Below are positions 53,215-64,000 of a DNA stretch of 64,000 nucleotides, piece after piece. Numbering within the stretch: the stretch's first letter is position 1; each line of letters opens with the position of its first letter. The notes below the pieces were generated by a model. The model saw only the letters and a program-made list of their open reading frames with translations, was not told the DNA's origin and ran no database searches. A program made the translations under genes and the position numbers. The stretch is taken from contig CM059432.1 of the NCBI GenBank assembly GCA_030390025.1, forward strand, positions 47,246,001 through 47,310,000, read 5' to 3'. The DNA comes from Squalus acanthias. Taxonomy: Eukaryota.

Positions 53215-56190
53215 TTTGCAGAGAGTGGTCTTAAACGGAGTGCTTCTAAACAGAGCATTAAAGTTGGGAATTTGGAGAGAGTGGGAATTCAGAGCAGAAG
53301 GGGAAAGAGGTGTTGCTTTTTGCCTCCAATTCTTGTAGTGCTTTGTGTTACAGGTAACTATTTAATTTAATCTACCGCTAACAAACTACATCAAGCCATT
53401 AGTTAAAAAACTAAATATAAACTAAGTTAATTACATACATAAACTTTTAATTAATTAGATAAATAAAACAAGGTTATATAGGGATGTCAATGCAAGTGGT
53501 GTGCCGCACTACAGCAGGTGGGAGTTTGTGGAGAGCATCGCGATCCCGGATGACCACGTCTGCAGCAAGTGTCTGCATCTCGAGGAACTTCAGCTTAGAG
53601 ACATTGGGGGGCATCAGGGAGGGGAAAGAGTTACCTTAACACTTTGATCCAGAAGGTAGTCACACCCCATAGGTTAGGTTGTGGTACAGGTCTGGTTAGT
53701 GGTCAGGGATAGGAGGGTGCGAGTAAGACTCAGGCAGGTAAGGGGGCCCCAGGTGCAGTACTGGAGGAGCATTGGCCTTTGTCCTTATCCAACAGCTATG
53801 AGGTTCTTGCTGCCTGTTTGGATGAGGGCAGAGTCTGCAGGGTGGGTGAGCAAACTGCTCACTGTGGGAGGTCATTCAAGTGGGGGGAGAGAAAAGGAAT
53901 GTTGTAGTGGTAGGACACAGTCTAGTCAGGGACTAAAAGCCGACAAATCCACTAGACATGTTGGCCTACATGCTAGGGTTCTAAAAGAGGTGGCTGCAAA
54001 GATAGTGGATGCATTGGTTGTGGTCTTCCAAAATTCGAGATTCTAGGACAGTCCCAATGGATTGGAAAGTAGCAAATGTAACCCCGCTATTCAAGAAAGG
54101 AGGGAGAGGGGAAACAGGGAACTACAGGCCAGTTAGCCTGACATCAGTCGTCGGGAAAATTCTGAAATCCATTATTTGGAAGTGGTAACAGGGCACTTAG
54201 AAAATCATAACATGATTAGGCAGAGCCAACATGGCTTTATGCAAGGGAAATTGCGTTTAACAAATTTATTAGAGTTTTTTGAGGATGTTGCATATTTGGA
54301 TTTCCAAAAGCCATTTGATAAGGTGCCACATTAAATGTTGTTACACAAGTAAGGGCTCATGGGGTTGGGGGTAATATACTAACATGGATAGAGGATTGGT
54401 TAACGAACAGAAAAGAGAGAGTAGGGATACAGGTAATTTTCAGGTTGGCAGGCTGTAACTAGTGGGGTGCCGCAAGGATCTGTACTTGGGCCTCAGCTAC
54501 TTACAATGGCCTGGATATTCCGATCCCAACAGGTGGGTACGCACTGTGTACACACCAGTAGGGACATCAGAAATGCCGGTTTCAGGCATGCACAGCGCAT
54601 GCGCTGAAAACCGGCATTTCCGATCTGTCAAGAATGGTCTTGACAGATCCTCCGGCTGCACTGGAGAAGGGCCTCTGCGGGCGGATAGTTCCGCTTTTTG
54701 GAGACCCTCCGCCCGCAGAAAACCCTTACAATTCTTACGCCTGTTAAAAGCAGGCGTAAGGCCTGCTTTTACCAGGATGAGAGTTGAAAAAAAGTTAAAA
54801 AAATTCAGATTTATCATTTAAAAATACTTTAAAAAAAGATAAGTTTATTTTTAGCGCCGTAAAATACTTTAATTATTTTTTCAAAAAATTAAATTTTTGT
54901 TTAAAATACTTAATTTATTGTAATTTCAAGTCTTTTTTTTTTAAATGCAAAATTTATTTCAAGTTTTACTATGTTTTTTCATTGATCTCCATTCATATAT
55001 TTGACAGGTCTTCCTGTCAAAAGTATGAATGCAGATTCCCTTCTGTGATTGGCTCCCCATGGCCCACGTGATCCCAGGGACGTTGCGAACTACATGCGCC
55101 CCTGGGATACGTGGGCCCTGCGCATTTGGAGTTTGGAGAGGCCCAGGAGCGGAAGCGTGTGCGTCCCTGGAGCCCTCCGGTAAGGGCGCAGATTTTTCCA
55201 GATCGCAGGCCTCCGCCCGCGGGAGGCCTGCGATCGGAAAATACGGCCCAATATATATTAATGACTTGGATAAAGAGACTAAATGCAATGTATCCAAGTT
55301 TGCTGACGATACAAGGCCAGGTGGGAAAGTAAGCTGTGAGGAGGACACAAAGCCTGCAAAGGAATATAGACAGGTTAAGTGAGAGGGCAATAAGGTGGCA
55401 GGTGGAGTATAAAGTGGGGAAATGTGAGCTTATTCACTTTGGTAGGAATAGATAAGCAAAATATTATTTTAAATGGTGAGAAACTATTAAATGTTGGCGT
55501 TCAGAGAGATTTAGGTGTCTTTATACAGGAAACACAGATTTAGCATGCAGGTACTGCAAGCAATTAGGAAGGCAAATGGCATGTTGGCCTTTATTGCAAA
55601 GGGGTTGGAGTACAAGATTAAGGAAGTCTTGCTACAATTGTACGGGGCTTTGGTGAGACCACACCTGGAGTACTGTGCACAGTTTTGGTCTCCTTATCTG
55701 AGGAAGGATATACTTGCCTTAGAGGCAGTGCAACAAAGGTTCACTAGATTGATTCCCGAGATGAAAGGGTTGTCCTATGAGGAGTGATTGAATAGATTAG
55801 GCCTATACTCTCTGGATTTAGGATGAGAGGTGATCTCATTGAAACATATGAGATCCTGAGGGGGATTGACCAGGTAGATGCTGAGAGGTTGTTTCCCCTG
55901 GCTGGAGAGTCTAAAACTAGGGGGCATAGTCTCAGGATAAGGGGTCAGCCATTTAAGACTGAGATGAGGACGAATTTCCTCACTCTCTACCCCAAAGGCT
56001 GTGAATGCTGAATTGTTGAGTGTATTCAAGGCCAAGATAGATTCCTGGACTCTAAGCGAATCAAGCAATACGGAGATCAGGCGGGAAAGTGGAGTTGAGG
56101 TTGAAGATCAGCAATGATCTTATCGAATGGCGGAGCAGGCTCGAGGGGCCATATGGCCTACTCCTGCTCCTAATTCTTATGCGCTTATGT
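53215..56190 (+). mobile_element. CR1 with 5' UTR and ORF1 zinc-finger remnant, large internal deletion at about 53920, RT and tail; split by a MITE
   Basis: QVVCR..WE......PDDHVCSKCLHL remnant at about 53490-53600 followed directly by ORF2 linker and RT sequence. Confidence 0.82.
54508..55249. mobile_element. MITE family A copy 2 (742 bp), TSD AAT
   Basis: TIRs GGCCTGGATATTCCGATC / GATCGGAAAATACGGCCC; CR1 codons ttacAAT|atatattaatgac rejoin. Confidence 0.88.
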
Positions 56191-56580
56191 TCCATTCTTC
56201 TGGTACTACTGCTTTTCTAATTCACCACGTAACAAGATGCCAAATGACGAGCAGAATGCTCCCTACAAAAAAAGGGGTAGAAAAGTGAAAACGTGAAATA
56301 AACGCAAATACAAAAGTGCAAGTCACCCTGGATCACCCTCGCCCACCTTCTCACAGCTAGCTGAAGAATGGCATTGGTAGAGGCCTAGATATGAAGCAGC
56401 TCACCTTCCTGTCAGTTGGTGCACAGTGGGGACATAAGATGAGAAATATTTTTTTTAAATATCTAACAATAACTTACTATAATTGAATTTTCTTTGATTC
56501 TCTTTTACATAAAGTAGAATAAATTAGCGGAATCCTTCTGTTGCATTAAACAGGAGCATTATAAGACAACACAAACTTAC

Positions 56581-56679
56581 TGGTGAACTCTGCGATGCCA
56601 ACTGCAGTCTCTCCATGTTGGTCTCAAATGTCCCTATTAGATCATGTGACCCATCGTTATCATAATCATAGCAGGTTAC
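56581..56679 (-). CDS. CPNE3: Copine exon [33 protein letters not shown]
   Basis: 99 nt, cag/gtaagt boundaries; Ca2+-ligand loop [10 protein letters not shown]. Confidence 0.94.
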
Positions 56680-57629
56680 CTGAAAAAAAAATCTTTCATT
56701 GAGTAGGTTGAAGTGTAGAAGAGCCAATTTATTAAAGAGCTTACATTTGTATAATACTTTATTACTTCCCAAAGTACTTCATAACCAACAAAATATTTTT
56801 GAAGCTCAGTAACTGTTGGTTATAGGCAAAATTTCTACACAAAATCTAAAATTTATCCAAAAGTATGTGTGTCACATATTTCTGCACTCAGCCAATGTAT
56901 ATGCTGCATAGCTAAGCCAAAATGTATCAGAAACAGAGTTACCAAAAACAACATTTCTCACATACCCTTAGTGCTTAAACAAGTCAGTCATTTAAATAGA
57001 ACTTTTGGGCGTTTTCATTCAATCTTTCTTTGAGCAGTAAAGGCAGCACCATCACCATTCAAACATTACCACAAACATTATATTCCAGTGCATGACCTTT
57101 TCAAATACTTAACTGGATTTAACAAAACTGATACATATACAGCACTCATAAATGCAAGTAAATACTATGCTTAATAAAAAGGCAGCAGTAAATGAGTGTG
57201 TTGTTAAACAGATTTAAAATTCGACAAAAGACCTATAAAGTTGATACATCTGCTTACAGATAGTCACAGGCTACAAGATTGTTTTTTCAAACGACAAAAT
57301 AAAAGCTGCTATTTGCTAGACTGCGAAGTCAGTTTTATAACAGGAGAGGAAGGAGAGCATGTGAAAGAGAGAATGAAAAAGCTTAAAAGAGCATGATTAC
57401 GAGTTGGAGAGTTTCCACTTCAAACTCCTAGATTGTAGATTCTTGTTCAGTCTAATCAATCCTCGATCGCTGATGCCCATACAAGTTTTCAGTAAGTAGC
57501 TTTGTTTAATACTCATTTTAATAATTAAGCTACTAAGTAAATATTCCTTAGCTATTCAGTAATGAGAATGGAAGTTCAGAAAAATGTGTCAAAAGCATAT
57601 TTTCTCTGACAGGTATAAATGAAAAATAC

Positions 57630-57719
57630 CTTGATTGGCTTCTGTAAGTCACTATTGCACAGGGACTGCAAAGGAATTTTATATGGTTTCCAAGTGGGGT
57701 TTAAATTTCTTTTTATTAC
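57630..57719 (-). CDS. CPNE3: Copine exon [30 protein letters not shown]
   Basis: 90 nt, cag/gtattt boundaries; C2 NLNPxW motif. Confidence 0.93.
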
Positions 57720-58134
57720 CTGAAAATGACAAAAGAAAAAATCAATACACTGAAATGTCACAAAAAGTATTTGGTGTTTTGTATCTTTTTTCATTATAAT
57801 AACGGTGTTAATGTTCAGTTCAGTTACCTAACTGGAGGTGCGTGACATGCAGTTTTGGAATTGGAAACATCACACGTTTGTTTAAGGATGGTGTTTGGAT
57901 AGTGCAGCTTATATATATCATCATCGTTTGTTCGGTGGGCGGAGGGGAAGGAAAGATTTCCATTACATTGGACTTATAGAATAAATTTCCTGGGACTACT
58001 TTATTCCATTATTGGGCTTAAATGGCTCTCAATAGAGACTTTGCTCATGGCTAGTTCAAATACCTAATTTTCCAGTTCCTGAGTCTTATGTTGCAAAGGT
58101 CAATCTGAATATTTTCTAGTTAGGAAAGAGGTTA

Positions 58135-58690
58135 CCATTGTGTCCTCCTGGTCATCTTCCTATCCTCCACCCTCCATAAACTACACCTCATCCAAAACTC
58201 TGCTGCCCATTTTCTATCCCACGCCAAGTCCCGCTCAACCATCACCCCAGTATTTGGAGGCCTACCTTGGTTCCCGGTCCCCCTTTGCCTCAAATTTAAA
58301 ATTCTCATCCGCCTACCTAAATCCCTTGCCCCATCCTACCGATGTAACCACTCCCAGCCTTACAACCCTTCGAAAGCTCCATGTTCTTATGGCTCTGGTC
58401 TCGTGCTTCCCCCACTCTCTTCATCCTACCATAAGCGGCTGTCTTTTCAGTCGTCTAGGCCCTACACGCTGGAATTCCCTCACTAAACCATTGTGTCTCT
58501 CTACCTCCCTTTCCTCCTTTAAGGCCCTGTTAAAATCCATCCCTTTGACCAAGCTTTTAGCCACCCCTCCTAATATTGTTTTCTTTGGCTCGGCAGCCAC
58601 TTTTATCTGATGACACCTCTATAAAGCAACATGAGACACTTCTCCCCATTAAAGGTGCTATATAAATTCACGCTATTGTTGTTATTATTA
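58135..58690 (+). mobile_element. L2 3' fragment
   Basis: LGPTRWNSL motif and L2 tail. Confidence 0.8.
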
Positions 58691-59741
58691 TTGCGGGTTC
58701 CACCATGGCAGTAGGATGCCAGTTCAGTTATGCTGATATTCCAGTGCAATACAGAAGGAATGCTACATTGTTGAAGTTTAGAACTAGAATTTTAAAACTT
58801 GTTTTATTGGAAAGATGTGCAATGTAATGTAATTAATTGATGTCTCTCTCTCACTGGAACAGCACAAATGGTAAAGGAATAAAGTACTGAAGTTAGGCCA
58901 TACGAAAGTGTTCGAACAACACAGGAGCAGTACTGTAGTCACGTACAAAACTAGAAATATTAAGACCAATTGTCTCTGTTTTATGTCTGGAGAATGCTCA
59001 TTTCCCGGGAGAAAGCCAGAGAAGACCAAAATAAAAGTTTGTTTTCCTCTCCCAAATGCAGCACAGGATCTTTGTGGCTGAATGCATTCTGCCTGGCTGT
59101 TGTTTTTGGACCGCAGGCATTTCCACTATTGTAGATCTCTCAGTCAGCAGTTAATTTTTCTTCCCTGCTTCTGAGCAGGCCCTTGCCGGGGGAAAACCGT
59201 CACTGGGGGAAATCAGGCATATGCAGATAATCTGAACCCAGAAATACATGTGAATCAGGTAAGGCAGAGTGCACTTCAGGCGTGCTTCATCCAAGCTGTG
59301 CGCAGCAAGGCTAGGGGGGCAGGGGGAAGTGAGAGGATAATTAATCTTTTTATATCAGTGATCTATGAGAAACTGGATACCACATACCTATTTAATCCTT
59401 TTGGATTAAGAGCCTAGAGTCTGTGGAAATCAATTTAAAATACTAGTAATATATTTTAACTGGCTAATGCAAAATTAAGCTTCGACACCCACAAAGTTTT
59501 TGTGGCTAGGTTCCGCTGTAATGTTAAGCAGTAATAACCTAATTTCTTTCATCAGATACAATAAACATGCACTTTGATTAAAAACCTTGTCCTGCAACCC
59601 TGACACTGCCTCATAACCTTATAATAAACTGATCAATTAGATACGATTGTGTTTGAGAAAAAAGACTGTTACCTTATTATTTATTTATATAGAATCAGAA
59701 CATTGTATAAAGCAGAGGGAGCATTATCATTAAGTCTGTCA

Positions 59742-59840
<99 letters not shown>

Positions 59841-59978
59841 CTAATCATCACAAGTAATAAAAGTCAAACATTGTAGGTTATTTCTAGAAATAAAAAATGT
59901 AACACTGTAAACTAATAACTGCCAAAAAAACAAACTTGGTACATCAGGAAATGATTTCTTTAAAAAAATGCACACTAC

Positions 59979-60050
59979 CTTTTTATCTAGCTTGCGTGCT
60001 TGAACTTCAAAGTTTACCACTCTGTTATCTTTTACTTCTTCTGCAAAAAT
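59979..60050 (-). CDS. CPNE3: Copine exon IFAEEVKDNRVVNFEVQARKLDKK
   Basis: 72 nt, tag/gtagtg boundaries; start of C2B. Confidence 0.93.
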
Positions 60051-60276
60051 CTAGAGTAGATAAAGCCAAAAGAGAAAGTTTACTAAAAGTTACATTATCT
60101 TCCAATCTACCTACTTCTCTTTTCCATTAATCATCTTTTCGGACCACAGGCCACCTGCATGTTGGAGTTAGCACAGCTTACCTGCTCCCAGGCAACCAGC
60201 TATGCTGCCTCTTACCTGGTTAACTGAGAGGCACATACAGGCATGGCCCACAAACAACTCTCCCACCTTATAGGAA

Positions 60277-60484
60277 TGATGCGGAGATGCCGGTGTTGAA
60301 CTGGGGTGGACAAAAGTGAGAAATCGCACAACACCAGGTTATAGTCCAACAGCTTTATTTGAAATCACAAGCTTTCGGAGCGCTGCTCCTTCGTCAGGTG
60401 AAGTGACGAAGGAGCAGCGCTCCGAAAGCTTGTGATTTCAAATAAAGCTGTTGGACTATAACCTGGTGTTGTGCAACTTCTCAC
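60277..60484. mobile_element. Penelope-like element terminal inverted repeat (81-bp arms, 7-nt loop)
   Basis: Arms 60316-60396 and 60404-60484 match at 79/81; flanking direct repeat CACCTTATAGGAA at 60264-76 and 60482-94. Confidence 0.82.
60365..60401 (-). ncRNA. Minimal type I hammerhead ribozyme motif
   Basis: UCAC-CUGACGA-A-GGAGC agc GCUCC-GAAA-GC-UU-GUGA: core boxes, stem I, stem II and palindromic AAGCUU in place of stem III. Confidence 0.72.
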
Positions 60485-61512
60485 CTTATAGGAAAGCCAC
60501 TTCTATTCAGCCCTTCCTCACAGCAAAGTAGTTGAGGTCAGATACTCAAAAGAATAGGGGAGAGAAAAGTATATTAATGCTTGTTGTGCCACAATGCCTC
60601 TCTGAAGATCAAGTACACTGCCATATTTGCATAACTGCAAAGGACTTTCTGGTCTGCAACAACGTAAAGTGACTTTGTATATCTGGAACCAGGTCCTGGT
60701 CTGACAACACAAGTGGTAGAGAGCTCCCTACCCCCTGGAAAAGCAGTCACACACTGCATGGAGTACAACTGCAGAGCAGTGTCAGACCTGGTTTAAGGAA
60801 GGTCCTTCAAAACTTCTGTGCACTTAATAGACTTAAAGGGTTGACTTAAACATCTTGAGAAAGTAGGCACCCTTGGCAGAGCTCTCAATATCAGTATCAG
60901 ATGAAGCTCTGTTCATGCTTATGAACATTAATGTACAGAGCGGTTTCCTGGCCATAAATATAACCAAGGTACTGCCTGGCCGGGAGATAAAGCATAAATA
61001 AATTCTCAGAATAGGTTTAAAACACACATAAATCTGGCATCTGGTTCTGATAAGCCTTATAATTAATGACACTTAACATTATACTGATCACCCCACTGTG
61101 ATTCTTCTTCCTCATTGCTAACTTGCTTCCTTAAAAGACTATCACAATGAAACATTGTTTGAAGCCATAGTGCCCTTCTCAGTTAAATTACCTTTGACGA
61201 GTTTGTTGATTTGCCTGGCCATCACCAGTAAGGTGCAATAAATAAATAATGTCACTTAAATCAACCAAGTTACACACTTCACACACAGCTACCCCTCCAC
61301 CCAACTGGGATTGGCACCCCAGCTGCCCTGAAACAGCGTGGGCACCTTCTCAAAATATGGTGATTACCCTGACCCTGAGATTTCCCAAGGAGTCAGCATT
61401 AGGGCCAGTCAGTGTGCAGAACTTCCAGGGCTGCAACAGACCATCAGGAATTGCAGGGTTCATTTAACCACCATCAAGCTCTAGCAAATAAATGAGACAT
61501 TTGGGTCTGTAC

Positions 61513-61587
61513 CGTGATCGTTCCTTTGCCTGCCGCTTTCCCATTTTGCAGCACAAGGGGTCTGGTCAATTTCTTGCTGGAGACAAT
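61513..61587 (-). CDS. CPNE3: Copine exon [25 protein letters not shown]
   Basis: 75 nt, phase 0, cag/gtacag boundaries; matches copine-3 [19 protein letters not shown]. Not in the ORF track. Confidence 0.93.
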
Positions 61588-62346
61588 CTGTCAAAACAAT
61601 TCAAACTTATATTATTAGTTTATCATAAAAATAATTAGCATGGAAACGAAAACTAAGAGTCTGTGCTAATCAACTAGTGTTAAAGATCCCATTTTTCTCA
61701 AACATAAAATACAAGCACTATACATTATGAACTTCAAAACAGTTCAATGTTAGCCTTGAAGATGACAAAAGCAGATCAGTACTGATAGTAACCATAACCT
61801 GTGTCCTCCTATGTACATTAGAGCCTCAGTTTATAATGTTTTGCTTCGTAAAACTTTACATTTTCTACGCCAAACTGCACCTGGCACCTGTCTGCCCACC
61901 CCATTAACCTATTTATGTTCTCCTGCAAACTTCCTCAGTTTGTTGTGCTGCTAACTTGATATCATTAGCAAACTTTGATATCAGCCAACATGGAAAAGCC
62001 TCATCAACTTCAGCAATGTATAGCAGAAGATGGATATGAACATAAAAATACTTTTCAAAGTTCTTCATAGATACAGAAATGTCATAATGATGTATTGCCT
62101 TCCGTGGGCAGAGAGGGACTTTACAATAAAATCCAACACATTGCTATCATATCTTGAAACATTTTCACTATGAAAGTTACAAAAAGAGTAATTCATGAAA
62201 ATTACTGCAGTGCATAATAATTACTGCAGTACAAGAAAAAGTTATTTTTTGACTTGAGCTATAAAACACAAATTAAACAGCTTTGTAGAATCCACCTGGA
62301 GTATTCAGTGGCTTAAGAAGCAAAAGAATGAAATATTTGTATTTAC

Positions 62347-62526
62347 CTGCCCCAGAGTACATTCAAATTCTCCCAGGAAATCATCATCACCCAGATCAAA
62401 AGTTTCATTATCAATATCATAAACTCCAAATTTCAGTTTCTGAACTTGCTCAAAGTAATAATCGATCAGAAATTTCTTCGAAAATTTTGGGTCGAGGCAG
62501 TTTTTAACCATTTCTGTACGGCCAAT
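62347..62526 (-). CDS. CPNE3: Copine exon, C2A domain ([60 protein letters not shown]); first coding exon in the window, gene starts beyond the right edge
   Basis: 180 nt, AG acceptor (plus-strand ct 62527-8) and GT donor (ac 62345-6); recognisably similar to human copine-3 C2A. CPNE3 versus CPNE1 orthology not settled. Confidence 0.93.
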
Positions 62527-62942
62527 CTAGGAAAGATAAAGGACAATGAACCTCCAATATAATAATCTCCTCAATTAGTACTTACTAAAACCAATCAGAA
62601 TAAAGGAACCAAAATCCAACAGATAGAGATAATACAATGTAATGTTACAGAAATTCTAAACTGACTGTAATTTGTCACTCATGTTGTTTTCATCTATAAC
62701 AAAATATTTAGGAAAGCAGCAGTCACTAAGTTTGGCCAATCTCAAACCAGTTCTTAGCAGGTATCAGTTTACAGCATGAACTACCTATCATTTGGGATTA
62801 ACCGAGAGTCTCAGTCAAAGCTGTTGTAAAAATGATTACGGAGTGACTCCTGCCAACGACCGGAAGCTGCGCAGAAGCGTACTGCACATTAATCTGGAAC
62901 CAGAAGCTTCTTTCTTTTTCCACAGAGCATTTTTCCCTCACA

Positions 62943-64000
62943 CAAGAACATAAGACGTAGGAGCAGAAGGAGGTCATTTGGCCCCTCGAGCCTGCTCCGC
63001 CGTTCAATAAGATCATGGCTGATCTGATCTTGGCCTCAACTCCACTTCCCTGCCCGCTCCCCATAACCCTCGACTCCCTTATCGTTCATAAATCTGTCTA
63101 TCTCCACCTTAAATATATTCAATGACCCAGCCTCCACAGCTCTCTGGGGAAGAGAATTCCAAAGATTCACGATCCTCTGAGAGAAGAAATTCCTCCTCAT
63201 TTCCGTTTTAAATGGGTGCCCCCTTATTCTGAAATGATGCCCCTTGGTTCTAGATTCCCCCACGAGGGGAAACATCTTCTCTGCATCTACCCTGTCAAGC
63301 CCCTTCAGAATCTTATGTTTCAATAAGATCCCCTCTCATTCTTCTAAACTCCAATGAGTACAGGCCCAACCTCCTCAATCTTTCTTCATAAGACAACCCC
63401 TTCATCTCTGGAATCAACCTCGTGAACCTTCTCTGAACTGCCTCCAATGCAAGTATATCCTTCCTTAAATAAGGAGACCAAAACTGTACGCAGTACTCCA
63501 GGTGTGGTCTCACCAACGCCCTGTACAGTTGTAACAGGACTTCCCTGCTTTTATACACCATTCCCTTTGCAATAAAGGCCAACATTCCATTTGCCTTTCT
63601 AATTACTTGCTGTACCTGCATGCTAACTTTTTGTGATTCATGTACAAGGACCCCCAGATCCCTCTGTACCTCAGCATTTTGTAATCTCTCCCCATTTAAA
63701 TAATAATTTGCTTTTTTATTTTTCCTACCAAAGTGGATAACCTCACATTTTCCCACATTAAACTCCATCTGCCAGATTTTTGCCCACTCACTTAGCCTAT
63801 CTATATCCCTTTGGAGATTCCTTGCGTCCTCCACACAATTTGCTTTCCCACCTATCTTTGTATCAGCAGCAAATTTGGCTCCATTACACTCGGTCCCTTC
63901 ATCCAAGTCATTAATATAGATTGTAAATAGTTGAGGCCCCAGCACTGATCCCTGCGGCACCCCACTAGTTAGTTTGCCAACCTGAAAATGACCCATTTAT
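62943..64000 (-). mobile_element. CR1 LINE 3' part; runs off the window edge
   Basis: ORFs 63313-63996 and 63036-63323; CR1 tail. Confidence 0.93.

Noticed and set aside
59040..59340. GGGGGAAA motifs as NF-kB sites
   Set aside because: They do not fit GGGRNNYYCC; short motifs are expected by chance.
62790..62940. CpG-containing patch with CCGGAAG and a possible 52-nt cryptic exon on minus
   Set aside because: No copine similarity, would shift the frame, weak donor; unsupported without RNA data.

Overview
Eukaryotic vertebrate genomic DNA; the repeat content (CR1, L2, Deu-domain tRNA SINEs, Penelope-like hairpins) suggests a cartilaginous fish, which is an inference. The only host gene is a copine of the CPNE3/CPNE1 clade on the minus strand. 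Fourteen GT-AG coding exons run from 62526 down to the stop at 12560 (1467 nt including stop, 488 aa: most of C2A, C2B and the vWA domain), and the N-terminal exon(s) lie beyond the right edge. Introns and the downstream flank are dense with decayed transposons: many CR1 and L2 LINEs, SINEs, two related PIF/Harbinger elements (HARBI1-like transposase plus a three-exon Myb/SANT gene), GC-rich MITEs with 3-bp TSDs, and a 154-bp hAT-type MITE with an 8-bp TSD. A Penelope-derived 81-bp-arm hairpin carries a minimal hammerhead ribozyme motif on the copine sense strand. Most ORF-track entries are TE fragments or spurious. All calls come from manual reading; no searches were run.
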